Source: Thermodesulfobacteriota bacterium (lineage in GTDB: Bacteria > Desulfobacterota > Desulfarculia > JACQYL01). Taken from it: 64,000 nucleotides of DNA. The number at the start of each line of letters is the position of its first letter. The first letter of the stretch is position 1. The DNA is taken from contig CAXXLZ010000002.1 of assembly GCA_963675595.2 (NCBI GenBank), forward strand, positions 992,001 to 1,056,000, given 5' to 3'. This document shows, piece after piece, positions 29,658 through 40,385 of this stretch. The notes under the pieces are model-generated. The model did no database searches, had not been told where the DNA came from, and worked only from the letters and a program-made list of their open reading frames with translations. Both the position numbers and the translations under genes were made by a program.

Positions 29658-30886
29658 GACACGGTCTTGGCGTTGACTGATTGAATGAGTTCCAGTGCCC
29701 GATCCCAACGCGCATTCCAGGAGTTCGCTCTGCCGACCGACCGCCGCGACTCGATTTTCTTCGCATCGACGCCGGTTGCCGAAAGGTTTCGCCGAATGGC
29801 GTCTTCGAATCCGTCGGCGTCGGCTTCGATGTCGACAACGCCCTTGTACGGAAGGACTTCCGGCAGCGGAGTGGAAACCACGGGTTTGCCGGCGGACAGG
29901 TATTCAAAGAGCTTGATGGGATTTACGCTCTCCGAGAGTTTGTTGCAGCGGAAAGGAATCAGGCAGACGTCGAAGTGCTGTACGTAACATGGCAGCTCTC
30001 GATACGGCTTCTCTCCAAGAAAATGAACGTTGGTCGCTCTTGCCAAGGACCTCGTGTCCGCGGTGACCGGGCCGACCAGAACAAACGTTAGCCCTCTCAA
30101 CCGACGGGATAGTTCGGTGAGCAGTCCGTAATCGATCCAATCGCCCAGGCCTCCCATGAACCCGATCACCGGTTTGGGTTGGGAAGTCGCGCCACCGGCC
30201 AGGATTTCCCCCAAGTCCTTAGGCGTCGGCAGGCTCCCACGCCTGCTCGCGGATTCGAAGTGCTCGTATTCGCATCCGTTGGGTATGAGATGGAAGTTCG
30301 AAGACCAGCCGGATCTCTCCCTCAGCAAGGCTTGAGCGGATGCGAAACACACGTGGGCGCGTTTCATGAGCTCCTTTTCCATGGTCCTCACCTGTTCGGT
30401 GGAAATCAAACCCGGAAAGGAGGCATGGTCGTCGACGCAATCGTAGATGAGCCTGTTATAGTGAAGATGGCGGAGCAGGTCGACACAAGTGGGGAGAAAG
30501 GAGTACACATCCATTTCGTTGATATCGAGCCTTCGCAAGACATTGTTCAGGACTCCGGAGATCAGCCGCTGATTCACCCGATTGATTACACGGGACTTGC
30601 AGCCGAAAGGAAAGACCGGAGGAGGCGCCACCAGGATGATGCCCTCTCGGGTTCGTCGCGGTCCCTTTCTCCAATTGCGCCACCGGGAAAGCATGGAGCC
30701 GTTCTTCAACGGTGCGAGGAGGCTCGCCGGGGGTTCGAGATACACGACCCGGCGGCCGGTCCGGGAGCAAAGACGCATCAGATGATGCGGACGACTCTCG
30801 AGGCCTTCCCACTCGCGGGCCGAAACGGCGAGCATAGTCTGTCTGTTCAAACGGGAACGCTCCTGGTCGGTTCTTTGGGGGAGCAA
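29654..30886 (-). CDS. Glycosyltransferase, TuaH-like GT4
   Basis: W....RPHHL, V.Y.EPP, IYDCVDDH, IPNG.EY.HF, GF.G....WID, P.KLFEYL.AGKPVVST. Start uncertain. Confidence 0.88.
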   Translation of the reverse strand: MLPQRTDQERSRLNRQTMLAVSAREWEGLESRPHHLMRLCSRTGRRVVYLEPPASLLAPLKNGSMLSRWRNWRKGPRRTREGIILVAPPPVFPFGCKSRVINRVNQRLISGVLNNVLRRLDINEMDVYSFLPTCVDLLRHLHYNRLIYDCVDDHASFPGLISTEQVRTMEKELMKRAHVCFASAQALLRERSGWSSNFHLIPNGCEYEHFESASRRGSLPTPKDLGEILAGGATSQPKPVIGFMGGLGDWIDYGLLTELSRRLRGLTFVLVGPVTADTRSLARATNVHFLGEKPYRELPCYVQHFDVCLIPFRCNKLSESVNPIKLFEYLSAGKPVVSTPLPEVLPYKGVVDIEADADGFEDAIRRNLSATGVDAKKIESRRSVGRANSWNARWDRALELIQSVNAKTVS

Positions 30887-31245
30887 AGGCTCAGAGGAAT
30901 AGGATCAATGTGTCACAGGGTAACACTCTCCGGGTTTCATTGGCAACCGAGGTTATTCCTCGAATAAACCTCCGGCGACCGCGTCGTTTCAGGTTCCAAC
31001 TCGTCACATCCCCACATCCTCCTTTCCTTTCCGCGCGGTTTGCGCTAAGGATTCCTTGATCTCATCACTTTCCCACTCGGAGAGACACAAGGTGGAATTC
31101 GCGACCCGAAAACAAGCTCGGCGCAAGCGCCCGGCATGGAAGTCAGTCGAAGCATCGGAGCCATCAGGGACCCTGCGCTCTGCAGGGAATCATTTCCTTG
31201 AGTCGCATTCCACCGCCCAATTCCATGAGAACCAGAGGAGACGGC

Positions 31246-33255
31246 GTGCGTTTTATTCGTGACCGGAGCATCGCCTTCAAGCTGTTCCTGCTCCTTTTCA
31301 CCTGCAACTTTCTGGTGTTCCTGCTGGTATTGGGAAACAACTATCGGATGTCCCGTCGGGTCGTCCTTGAAGACGTCCGGGTGAAAGCCGACTTGCTGAC
31401 CCGATCCATTTCCAGTCGCATCCGAACCGTCCTCTCTCCGGTGGAGGCCGTGGTTCGCAACTTGACCGGCACGGTGGAGCGCTTTTATCTGGAAGGAGAT
31501 GATCTGTTCAAAGCGGTCCGGGGCGTGGTGGAAGACAACCCGGATATCTTCGGCTCCGCCGTGGCCATGGAGCCCGGGGCCTTGCCCGGAGCGCCGGATT
31601 GCTTCGCACCTTACGCATATCGGGATTCGGGCCGAATCCTCACCACCTTTCTCGATTGCGATTCGTACCGTTACGTTGAGAGAGATTGGTATCGCATACC
31701 CCGCCTGCTGGAACGAGCCGTGTGGAGCGAGCCCTATTTCGACGAGGGGGGAGGCGACATCTTGATGTCCACCTACTCCGTGCCGCTGTACCGAGACATC
31801 CAGGGCAGGCGTCGTTTCGCGGGCATCGTCACCTCCGATATTTCCCTCGCTTGGCTGCAGGAGTTGGTGTCTTCCATACGAGTCGAACAATCGGGATATG
31901 CGTTTCTCCTTTCCGCAAAGGGTACGCTCCTCACCCACCCCATTAGTGACCTGGTGATGAACAAGACGATGTTCGGCATGGCCCGGCTGGAGGGTGATCC
32001 TCGTGTGGTAGACGTGGGACAAGCCATGGTGCGAGGGGAACACGGATTTGTCCCTTGGGTAAGTCTGTCGACGCAAGAGGAAGGGTGGCTCGCCTTCGCA
32101 CCCGTTGAAGTGGGCGGCTGGTCTCTCGGCGTGTTCTTTCCGGAAAAAGAGCTCATGGAAAGCGTGAACCGGCTTACGCGAAATGCGCTTCTGTTGGGTT
32201 CGGGGGGGTTTTTGGCGCTCTTGGGGATCGTGTTCCTCGCGGCGCATTCCATGACCCGACCTTTAAGGGAGCTGGCCCAAAGCACGGTGGAAATCGCGGA
32301 AGGCAACCTGGACGCCGTGTTACCCGAAGTGAGGTCCCTCGACGAAATCGGACGTCTCACCCGGGCCTTCGAACACATGACCCAAGCTCTCAAAGAACAT
32401 ATACGCCGGCTCACCGAAGCCACCCGCGCGAGAGAACGAATAGAGAGCGAATTGAGTATCGCCCGCGACATCCAGATGGGCATCCTCCCCAAGCTTTTTC
32501 CCCCTTTTCCCGAGGAACACCAAGTCGACATCTATGCCGTGATCCTGCCCGCCAGGGAAGTGGGAGGAGATTTCTACGACTTCTACCGTGTGGATTCGGA
32601 CAGAATCTGCTTCGTGATCGGGGACGTCTCCGGAAAGGGGGTGCCCGCTTCCCTGTTCATGGCGGTGGCCAAAACTCTGATCAAGGCGGCCGTGGGGGGC
32701 GGTCTCGGCCCCGGGGACGCTCTGCGCCGTGTAAATGAGGAATTGGCCGAGGAAAACGAGGCGTGCATGTTCGTAACGGTCTTTCTGGGTATCATAGACT
32801 TGAGAACCGGTGGCATCGAATATGCCAACGGCGGGCATAACCGTCCTTTCGTCCTTCCCAAACAGGGAGAGATCGCGGTCCTGCCGCCGAGCAATGGGGC
32901 CGTTGTCGGCGCTTTGGAAGGGCTGGACTATGAAACCGGGGGTGCCTTCTTGAAGGAGGGAGACACGCTTCTTCTCTATACGGACGGAGTGACGGAAGCG
33001 CTCAACGAGCAGTTGGAGCTCTTCACGGAGGCTCGACTAAAACGCCTGCTGGAAGATGTCCGGGCAAAATCCCTCAAGGACACGGCGGCGAGAATCGTGT
33101 CCGAGGTAAAGGCGTTTGCGGGCGCTGCGGAGCAGGCCGACGACATCACTCTGCTCGCTTTGACTTATTACGGGGATCAAGGTCGAAACGACGGCGGTTC
33201 TCAGGATACCGCCCGCCGCATCGAGCAAGGGAGAACCACGCATGACGAAACCTGA
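31246..33255 (+). CDS. Membrane SpoIIE/RsbU-family PP2C phosphatase with Cache and HAMP domains
   Basis: TM, Cache (WY..P...WSEPYFD), TM, HAMP (DEIG.L..AF..M), PP2C (EVGGDFYD, IGDVSGKG.PA, YTDGVTEA, DDIT). RBS gaggag before GTG at 31246. Confidence 0.93.
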   Translation: MRFIRDRSIAFKLFLLLFTCNFLVFLLVLGNNYRMSRRVVLEDVRVKADLLTRSISSRIRTVLSPVEAVVRNLTGTVERFYLEGDDLFKAVRGVVEDNPDIFGSAVAMEPGALPGAPDCFAPYAYRDSGRILTTFLDCDSYRYVERDWYRIPRLLERAVWSEPYFDEGGGDILMSTYSVPLYRDIQGRRRFAGIVTSDISLAWLQELVSSIRVEQSGYAFLLSAKGTLLTHPISDLVMNKTMFGMARLEGDPRVVDVGQAMVRGEHGFVPWVSLSTQEEGWLAFAPVEVGGWSLGVFFPEKELMESVNRLTRNALLLGSGGFLALLGIVFLAAHSMTRPLRELAQSTVEIAEGNLDAVLPEVRSLDEIGRLTRAFEHMTQALKEHIRRLTEATRARERIESELSIARDIQMGILPKLFPPFPEEHQVDIYAVILPAREVGGDFYDFYRVDSDRICFVIGDVSGKGVPASLFMAVAKTLIKAAVGGGLGPGDALRRVNEELAEENEACMFVTVFLGIIDLRTGGIEYANGGHNRPFVLPKQGEIAVLPPSNGAVVGALEGLDYETGGAFLKEGDTLLLYTDGVTEALNEQLELFTEARLKRLLEDVRAKSLKDTAARIVSEVKAFAGAAEQADDITLLALTYYGDQGRNDGGSQDTARRIEQGRTTHDET

Positions 33256-35566
33256 ATCGGCGTCCAAACCGCTCCAAATCGGCGTGTCGGTCCCGAGGGC
33301 GGACGGCTGGAGCAAGATCACGGGCCGAGAGCGGTACGCTGCGGACTACTATGGACCGGACTTTCTGTGGGCCGGGGTCAAACGCGCGGACATGTCTCAC
33401 GCCCTGCTTCGGGAACTGGACGTGGAAGCCGCCAAAGCCGTACCCGGTGTGACGGCCGTGTTGACCCACCGGGACGTGAAGGGTTCCAATCGGCAAGGTG
33501 TCGTGTTCAAGAACCAGCCTGTATTGGTGGACAAAAAGGTGCGACGACGCGGCGACGCCCTGGCGCTGGTCCTCGCCGAAAATCGGGAAGTCTTGAGCAC
33601 CGCTTTGAAGGCCGTGCATGTTCGTCTGGAACCGCTGCCGCCCGTGTTCTCCGTCGAGGAAGCGACGATGGAGGGTGCTCCCAAGGTGCACGAGGAGCAT
33701 CCCACCGGGAACATCCTGGCCGAGCTCACGGTAAGCAAAGGAAACGGCAAGGACGGCATCGACGAATGCACAGCCGTGGTGGAAGCTGAATTTGAACTAC
33801 CCCGCCAGGAACATGCGTACATGGAAACCGAGGCGGGTTGGGCCTACCTTGAGCATGACGGCCGTCTGGTCATCGTGGCCTCCACGCAGTCGCCTTTTCG
33901 CGATCGTTCGGAGGTGGCGGAAGCGCTGGGGATCGACATCGGCAAGGTGCGCATAACGGCTCCCTATCTGGGCGGCGGCTTCGGCGGGAAGGACGGGTGC
34001 ACGGTTCAAAGCCTGCTGGGACTCGCCGCGATGCACTCCCACGGACGGCCCGTGAAGATGTGGTGGGACCGTGAGGAGAGTTTTCTTGCCGGGGTGAAAC
34101 GTCTTTCCGGACGGGTCCGGTATCGTGTTGGAACAAACAAAGATGGTTGCCTGCACGCCCTCCAATGTGAACTGGACCTGGACAACGGGCCCTATGAGCA
34201 CTTGGGCGGCGAGGTGCTGGCGCTTGCGGTGGAACACGCGGGCGGTCCCTACCGGATTCCCCATGTGTGGATTCACGGACGATGTGTCTACACGAACAAC
34301 CCCGCCGGCGGTCCTTTTCGAGGATTCGGTGCGCCCCAGGTCGTCGCGGGCCTGGAGCAGGTCGTGGACATGCTGGCCGACCGATTGAACATGGACCCGG
34401 TTCTGTTCCGGATGCGAAACGCCGTAATCAGGGGAGACCGAAACCCCGTCGGAGTCACTCTCACTCAGTCCACAGGCCTGCTGGAATGTCTAGAACAGGT
34501 GACGCGGCATCCCCTTTGGACGGAACGACGAGAATGGAAGCGTCGTGCCGGCGCATTCAAAAAACGTGGTGTGGGTGTTGCCTGCACGACTCATGGTGCC
34601 GGATACGGACCGATTATCCCGGACTTCGCCCAAGCGCTCATCAAACTCACGCCCGAAGGCAGGATCACGGTTACCTGCGGCGTGCCGGATATGGGGCAGG
34701 GCAATGCCGCGACCTTTGTTCAGATTGCGGGCCACCTGCTGAACCAGAGCGCCGACCGTCTGGACCTGGTGCTTCCCGACACGGATCACACACTGCCTTC
34801 GTGCTCCTCCGCTGCGAGCAGAACCACCTATACGTATGCCAGGGCTCTGACGGGAGCCGCCGAATTACTCAAGAAACGAATTCTCGAGCAGGCGTCTCTC
34901 CTGATGATGGCCCCATCTCCCGACGAATTCCGGCTGCTGCCCGGGATGGTGCGTCATCTTCCTTCGGGTAAGGACCTGCCGTTGGCCATGGTGGCCCGCA
35001 CCATGTCTCCTTCGCAACGGGAATGTACCTACCACTGGCGTGCGCCGGTGTGCAGGGAACCCGTCCGGATGGAAAGCGTTTCCACGGTGTTCGGCATGCC
35101 GCACCTGCTCTTTTCCTATGCGGCCCACCTGGCCTGCGTCGAAGTGGATGAACTCACGGGCCGCGTCCAGGTTCTTAAATATCTCGCGGCGACGGATGCG
35201 GGAAGCGTCATCAATCCGCAGCTCTATGAACAGCAGGTCCAGGGTGGTATCGTTCAGGGCCTGGGATACGGTCTGTATGAAGATTACGTGGTTGACCGTG
35301 GAGAGGGACAAACACCGGATTTCGCCACCTACATCCTTCCCACCTCCATGGATGTGCCGGATATGGAATCCCTGCGGGTGGAAACCTTTGAGGAAACCGG
35401 TCCCTTCGGTCTCAAGGGAGTGGGAGAAATCTGCATAAACGCCCCGTTGCCGGCGGTGGCCAACGCACTCGCCGACGCCGCCGGCGTTCGAATCTCGCGA
35501 ATTCCCATGACCCCGGAACGAGTCTTGGACGCCTTGAGCCGGATTCAATCGGAGAAAACTTCATGA
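33242..35566 (+). CDS. Xanthine dehydrogenase family molybdopterin-binding large subunit
   Basis: K.TG...Y..D, QEHAYMETE, STQ.P, GGGFGGK, FRGFG.PQ, MGQG, D.G..INP...QV.GG..QG.G, KGVGE (catalytic Glu). Confidence 0.95.
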   Translation: MTKPESASKPLQIGVSVPRADGWSKITGRERYAADYYGPDFLWAGVKRADMSHALLRELDVEAAKAVPGVTAVLTHRDVKGSNRQGVVFKNQPVLVDKKVRRRGDALALVLAENREVLSTALKAVHVRLEPLPPVFSVEEATMEGAPKVHEEHPTGNILAELTVSKGNGKDGIDECTAVVEAEFELPRQEHAYMETEAGWAYLEHDGRLVIVASTQSPFRDRSEVAEALGIDIGKVRITAPYLGGGFGGKDGCTVQSLLGLAAMHSHGRPVKMWWDREESFLAGVKRLSGRVRYRVGTNKDGCLHALQCELDLDNGPYEHLGGEVLALAVEHAGGPYRIPHVWIHGRCVYTNNPAGGPFRGFGAPQVVAGLEQVVDMLADRLNMDPVLFRMRNAVIRGDRNPVGVTLTQSTGLLECLEQVTRHPLWTERREWKRRAGAFKKRGVGVACTTHGAGYGPIIPDFAQALIKLTPEGRITVTCGVPDMGQGNAATFVQIAGHLLNQSADRLDLVLPDTDHTLPSCSSAASRTTYTYARALTGAAELLKKRILEQASLLMMAPSPDEFRLLPGMVRHLPSGKDLPLAMVARTMSPSQRECTYHWRAPVCREPVRMESVSTVFGMPHLLFSYAAHLACVEVDELTGRVQVLKYLAATDAGSVINPQLYEQQVQGGIVQGLGYGLYEDYVVDRGEGQTPDFATYILPTSMDVPDMESLRVETFEETGPFGLKGVGEICINAPLPAVANALADAAGVRISRIPMTPERVLDALSRIQSEKTS

Positions 35567-36036
35567 ACATCCGATTTGTCTTGAACGGCAAGCCCCTTAC
35601 CGTGGAGACACCGCCCGATCGTCGTGTGATCGACCTCCTGCGGGAGGACCTCGGACTCGCGGGAACCAAGGAATGCTGCGGTTCCGGGGAATGCGGGGCC
35701 TGTACCATTCTGGTGGACGGGGATAGCCGATTGTCCTGTCTTATGACGGCCGCTCAACTGGAGGGACGCCGCATACTCACCATTGAGGGCGCGGAGGAAG
35801 ACCCCCGTTTACGCACGATTCAAGAGGCCTTTGTTGAATGGGGAGCCGTTCAATGCGGCTACTGCATGCCCGGCATGGTTCTGGCCTCAGCCGCCCTTTT
35901 GAGCCGAACGCCGAACCCCAGCCGGGAACAGATTCGCGAGGGTCTGAGCGGCAACCTCTGCCGTTGCACGGGCTACCAGAAGATCGTGGACGCTGTGGAA
36001 CAGGCGGCGGCACTCTTGTTTCGAGGCCACCAATGA
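35563..36036 (+). CDS. Xanthine dehydrogenase family (2Fe-2S) small subunit
   Basis: GTKECCGSGECGACT...SCL, QCGYC.PG, GNLCRCTGY. Confidence 0.95.
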   Translation: MNIRFVLNGKPLTVETPPDRRVIDLLREDLGLAGTKECCGSGECGACTILVDGDSRLSCLMTAAQLEGRRILTIEGAEEDPRLRTIQEAFVEWGAVQCGYCMPGMVLASAALLSRTPNPSREQIREGLSGNLCRCTGYQKIVDAVEQAAALLFRGHQ

Positions 36037-36893
36037 CTCGAGACGTATTTATTCCCCGTAATCTGGAAGCACTTTGGGACCTGCTGGATGAAGACCCCGA
36101 AAGCCGAGTCTTCGCCGGAGGCACGGACCTGTTTGTGCGGCTGCGTCGTGATCAGGCCGTTCACCCGTCGTTGATCGGTCTGGAACGCATTGAGGAGCTT
36201 CAGGCCCTGGAAGAAGATGGTCCGGATGTGTTCATTGGAGCGTGCGTGACCCATGCGCGCATATCGGCTTCTCCCCTGGTGAAAAAGCACTTCTCCGTTC
36301 TGGAACAGGCGGTGCGCGTTTTGGGTTCACCGCCCATCCGTAATATGGGCACGTTGGGAGGCAACCTGGTCACCGCGTCCCCCGCTGGAGACACCATCCC
36401 TCCCCTCACGGTGCTGGGCGCGGAAGTGGAAGTAAGGAGCCGCGGCGCTTCCCGGCGGCTTCCCATACGAGAATTCATCCGGGGACCGGGACGCAGCGTG
36501 TTGGAACAAAAAGAAATCCTATCGGGAATTCGTCTAAGGAAAGACAACGTCCATACGGTCCACCATTTTGAAAAAGTGGGGCAACGCAACGCCTTGGCCA
36601 TCGCCGTGGTCTCCTTGGCCGCGGTGCTCCGCTTGTCCGAATCCGGCGTGGTCGAAAGGGCGAGACTGGCTTGGGGCAGCGTGGGACCCACGGTAATCAC
36701 CTCACGGGAGGTTGAACGGATCATCGAGGGGCGTCCCCTTTCGCGGCAAGTATTGGAGGAAGCCGCCATGCAGGCACAGAAGGAAGTATCCCCCATCGAC
36801 GACCTTCGAGCGAGCGCCGACTATCGCCGCCGCGTGGCGGGAAATCTGCTCTTGCGTCTGTGGACCCGGCTCAAAACGTTGGACGAATCATGA
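36033..36893 (+). CDS. Xanthine dehydrogenase family FAD-binding medium subunit
   Basis: AGGTDL, IRNMGTLGGNLV.ASPAGD, PIDD.RASADYR. ATG at 36033 overlaps the upstream stop. Confidence 0.94.
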   Translation: MTRDVFIPRNLEALWDLLDEDPESRVFAGGTDLFVRLRRDQAVHPSLIGLERIEELQALEEDGPDVFIGACVTHARISASPLVKKHFSVLEQAVRVLGSPPIRNMGTLGGNLVTASPAGDTIPPLTVLGAEVEVRSRGASRRLPIREFIRGPGRSVLEQKEILSGIRLRKDNVHTVHHFEKVGQRNALAIAVVSLAAVLRLSESGVVERARLAWGSVGPTVITSREVERIIEGRPLSRQVLEEAAMQAQKEVSPIDDLRASADYRRRVAGNLLLRLWTRLKTLDES

Positions 36894-38107
36894 ACGATTC
36901 CAACCGCGTCGTGGACTCCGCACCCGAAATAGGCATCCAATCCATGTGGAACGGTCGGTTCGCCGCCCTGAATGGAGCGGTATTCCTCGCCTTTGCCAAT
37001 TTTGCCGTCTTCTTCCAGTATTACGCCTACTTGAAGACCCTGCAAATCGACGCCCGCTGGTTCGGACTGCTCATGGGCGTGTTCTCCGGCATGGCTTTGT
37101 TGCTGCGGCCGTTCATCAGTCCCCTTTTGCATGCCGGCAACGCGACGCGATGGATCATCGTGGGCGACCTGGGGACCATGGCCTGCTTGGCGTCCTACGG
37201 CTTCGCGGACGTATTCGAAACCATGTTCGTACTCCGCATACTCCACGGTGTGTTCCACGTGATCCTGGCCACCGGACTCCTGACCCTCATTGTGGAACAC
37301 ATACCTCCGAAGCGGAGCGGTCAGGCTTTCGGAATCATTTCCATCGTCGTTCTGCTGCCCTATGCCGTGGTGCCGTCCACCCTGCCGCTCCTTTCCGCGT
37401 GGCTCGGAGGATACGCCCGGGTCCTGATGTTTTTCGCGGCAGTCATGATATTCGTACTTCCCCTCACCTTGTACAAGGCCTCTTTCTCAGCCTCGGCTGC
37501 AACCGACGGGGCGGGCAAGACCTACAAGCTGTCTCGCGCGGAATACGCTCAGGACCTGAAAGACCCGAGGGTGCTCCTGCTTCTCACGGTCATGCTGCTT
37601 TTCTACAGCGGGTATGCTCTGGTGTTCTACTTCCTCGCCGGCTTCGGCCGCAGCATCGGATTGGCCGGAGTGGGCTTTTTTTTCACACTTTCCTCCATCA
37701 GCGAAATCGCCGTCCGCGTCTCCATGGGGTCCCGCTTCGACCGAGGCGATAAGACCCTCACCTGTACCATGGCCATGGGTGCTACCGTGCTGGGCTATGC
37801 CCTGCTTCCCCACGTTGAATCCTCCATGTGGTTCTTCTTCTTTGGGGGATTTCTGGGTCTGTGCTGGGGGGTCGTCATGCCCATGTTGAACGCACTGATG
37901 TTCGACGTGTCCCCCCCCAAGTTTCGCGCGGTCAATGTGAATCTGGGACTTCAGATGTATCAGGGAGGCTTCTTCCTGGGCCCGCTGGTGGGAGGCTTTC
38001 TTGCGGCGCGTACAGGGTTCGGAACGTTGTTTTCCTTGTGCGCGGTGTTGAGTCTCCTGTCCGTGTTTCTCCTGATCCTGTTGAAAAGGAACCCGTCCAG
38101 GAATTGA
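36890..38107 (+). CDS. MFS transporter
   Basis: About 12 hydrophobic helices, RILHG, P.KR.G.A.G, G...DR motifs. ATG at 36890 overlaps the upstream stop. Confidence 0.88.
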   Translation: MNDSNRVVDSAPEIGIQSMWNGRFAALNGAVFLAFANFAVFFQYYAYLKTLQIDARWFGLLMGVFSGMALLLRPFISPLLHAGNATRWIIVGDLGTMACLASYGFADVFETMFVLRILHGVFHVILATGLLTLIVEHIPPKRSGQAFGIISIVVLLPYAVVPSTLPLLSAWLGGYARVLMFFAAVMIFVLPLTLYKASFSASAATDGAGKTYKLSRAEYAQDLKDPRVLLLLTVMLLFYSGYALVFYFLAGFGRSIGLAGVGFFFTLSSISEIAVRVSMGSRFDRGDKTLTCTMAMGATVLGYALLPHVESSMWFFFFGGFLGLCWGVVMPMLNALMFDVSPPKFRAVNVNLGLQMYQGGFFLGPLVGGFLAARTGFGTLFSLCAVLSLLSVFLLILLKRNPSRN

Positions 38108-38165
38108 AGCCCATAGAACAGGCTTCCGGTCCGTTCAGAACAAGAAAGGAAAGGAGTGTGAATCC

Positions 38166-39203
38166 GTGACCGAAAACCACACGAATCAATCGGAGATCGA
38201 GCCCGGGCAACCCTGGGAAGTGGACCTGTTTCGTCCGGAAGACGCTGAAGGAGTGGTGAGACTCTTTCGCATCGTTTACGGGGAGGGCTACCCCATAGCA
38301 ACCTTTATGGATGCCGACAAACTCATCGCGGAAAACGCGGCCGGCCGGGTGATTTCCAGTGTGGCCCGCACCCCGCGAGGGGACATCGTGGGCCACAACG
38401 CCTTGTTCAACAGCGCTCCTCACCTCGGAACCTACGAGTCGGGAGCGGGATTGGTGCACCCCGCCTATCGAGGAGGACGCGGTATCTTCAGCACCATGGG
38501 CCTGCACGGCCAGGAATTGGCCGCGCCGCTTTTCGAAGTGGATATGATTTTCGGAGAACCGGTGTGCAACCATCCTTATGCACAGAAAGCCACCGCCGGC
38601 CGGAATTTCATCACCCGTGCCATAGAAGTGGACCTGATGCCCGCCGCCGCGTACACCAAGGAAAAGAGCGCGGTCGGCAGGGTGACCACGCTTCTGGACT
38701 TCAAGACCTTTCGACCGAGACCTCATCGGGTCTATCTCCCTGAAGTCTATGAAGAGGCCCTTCGTTTCGCTTATGAAGGCATGGATGACGAAAGAGAATT
38801 CTGCATTTCCCGCGAAACCGCCCCTCCGGATGTGAAAACCGTCATGAACACACAGGTCTTTTCCTTCGCGCAAGTGGCTCGGCTGGCCGTGCATGAAATC
38901 GGTCCCGACTTAAGTCGGGTGATGGATGACACGGAACGCAGCCTGAACGAACAGGGGATACTGGTGATCCAGGTGTGGCTTAAGGCTTCCTGTCCCTGGC
39001 TTGCCCAGGCGGTGGATACTCTGCGGGAACGGGGCTATTTTTTGGGGGGTGCGCTCCCAAGGTGGTTTGACGACGACGGGCTTCTCATGCAGAAGAGGAT
39101 CGGCGCACCTTGCTGGGACACGATCGTTCTTGCGTACGACCGGGCTCGACGGCTACTGGAATGGGTCCGGAGGGACTGGTCCCAAAAGACCCCACCCGCA
39201 TGA
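38166..39203 (+). CDS. GNAT-fold hypothetical protein
   Basis: FRPEDA.GV..LF..VYG.GYP, VA....G.IVGH.AL, E.G..LVHPAYRG (acyl-CoA motif A-like), H...QK. Confidence 0.7.
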   Translation: MTENHTNQSEIEPGQPWEVDLFRPEDAEGVVRLFRIVYGEGYPIATFMDADKLIAENAAGRVISSVARTPRGDIVGHNALFNSAPHLGTYESGAGLVHPAYRGGRGIFSTMGLHGQELAAPLFEVDMIFGEPVCNHPYAQKATAGRNFITRAIEVDLMPAAAYTKEKSAVGRVTTLLDFKTFRPRPHRVYLPEVYEEALRFAYEGMDDEREFCISRETAPPDVKTVMNTQVFSFAQVARLAVHEIGPDLSRVMDDTERSLNEQGILVIQVWLKASCPWLAQAVDTLRERGYFLGGALPRWFDDDGLLMQKRIGAPCWDTIVLAYDRARRLLEWVRRDWSQKTPPA

Positions 39204-39248
39204 AGCACGAAGCCGGTGGACGGGCGGCGCCGAAAGGAAGAGACGCCT

Positions 39249-40385
39249 TCAGGCCTTGGACCTCTTTTCTCCGATGTATCCGTCCAAAATGTTTTCCAGG
39301 GCTTGAACGAAGGCATCCAAGGCCGGTCTTTCCGCAATGGTCACCCGGATGTGGTCGGGAAAGCGGAAGCCGGTCATGGAACGTATCATGACTCCGTGCT
39401 TCATGAGCTTCCTGTAGGCCAACGTGTCGCTTATGGGAAGCCGAATCATCAGAAAGTTGCCTTCTCCGGCCACATGGGGCAGGCCCAACCGGTTCAGCTC
39501 CCCGGACAGGTACGCCTTCCCCGCCTCCACCATGGCACGCGTACGGAGAATGTGCTCGCCATCGCCCAACGCGGCCAGAGCCGCCTCCTGGCCAAGGGTG
39601 TTCACCGAATAAACCACGCACGTGCGGCGAATCACGTTCACCACCTCCCGATCCCCCGCCAGATAGCCTATACGCAGGCCCGCCAGAGCAAACATCTTGG
39701 AAAACGTCCGGAACACCACGAGGTTGGGATACTCCCGGATCAACTCGATGCCGTTGGGGAAGTCGTCTCGCCGGACGAATTCGAAGTAAGCCTCATCCAC
39801 CACCACGATCCCGGCGCCGGCCACGCGATCCAGGAACTTCCTGAGACGGGCCTCACTCCAATAGGTCCCCGTCGGATTGTTGGGATTGCAGACAAACAGT
39901 ATTCTTGTCCGGTCATCCATCCGCGCGAGCATGCCCTCATCGTCGAAGCCGTATTCTTTCAGAGGGACCAACTCCGCTCTGAAACCGGAGAACTCCGCCA
40001 CCCATTCGTACACGGCAAAGGTCTTGTCCGCCGTGACGATATTGTCGCCTTCACGGCAGAATGCTTTGATCACGAAGGCGATCACCTCGTTGGCTCCGTT
40101 CCCCACCAGGATTTGATCGGGGTGCAGCCCGTGAATCTCGGCGAGACGGCATCGCAGATGATACGAATCGCCGCTGGGATACACCGAAGCTCGCGGCGGA
40201 GGAAATCGTTCCAGAACCTCTCTCGCCCCCCTGGGCGGCCCCAGAGGATTTTCGTTGTTGTTGAGGCGGATGATGCGGGAACAACCGTAGAGCTTCATCA
40301 GCTCGTCGTCCGGCTTGCTAGGAATATACGCGTCAAAAGCTTTGACGTGCGCCGGCACCAGCCTGTCCAGGTCGAAACCGATCAT
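39249..40385 (-). CDS. hisC: Histidinol-phosphate aminotransferase-like PLP enzyme
   Basis: LNNNENPLG, YP, GNG..E, CNPNNPTG, DEAY.EF, RTFSK.FALAGLRIGY, NF, RVT motifs. ATG at 40385 overlaps the upstream stop. Confidence 0.82.
   Translation of the reverse strand: MIGFDLDRLVPAHVKAFDAYIPSKPDDELMKLYGCSRIIRLNNNENPLGPPRGAREVLERFPPPRASVYPSGDSYHLRCRLAEIHGLHPDQILVGNGANEVIAFVIKAFCREGDNIVTADKTFAVYEWVAEFSGFRAELVPLKEYGFDDEGMLARMDDRTRILFVCNPNNPTGTYWSEARLRKFLDRVAGAGIVVVDEAYFEFVRRDDFPNGIELIREYPNLVVFRTFSKMFALAGLRIGYLAGDREVVNVIRRTCVVYSVNTLGQEAALAALGDGEHILRTRAMVEAGKAYLSGELNRLGLPHVAGEGNFLMIRLPISDTLAYRKLMKHGVMIRSMTGFRFPDHIRVTIAERPALDAFVQALENILDGYIGEKRSKA

Noticed and set aside
31045-32247. 400-aa minus-strand ORF
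   Set aside because: Antisense to the SpoIIE phosphatase; no motifs.
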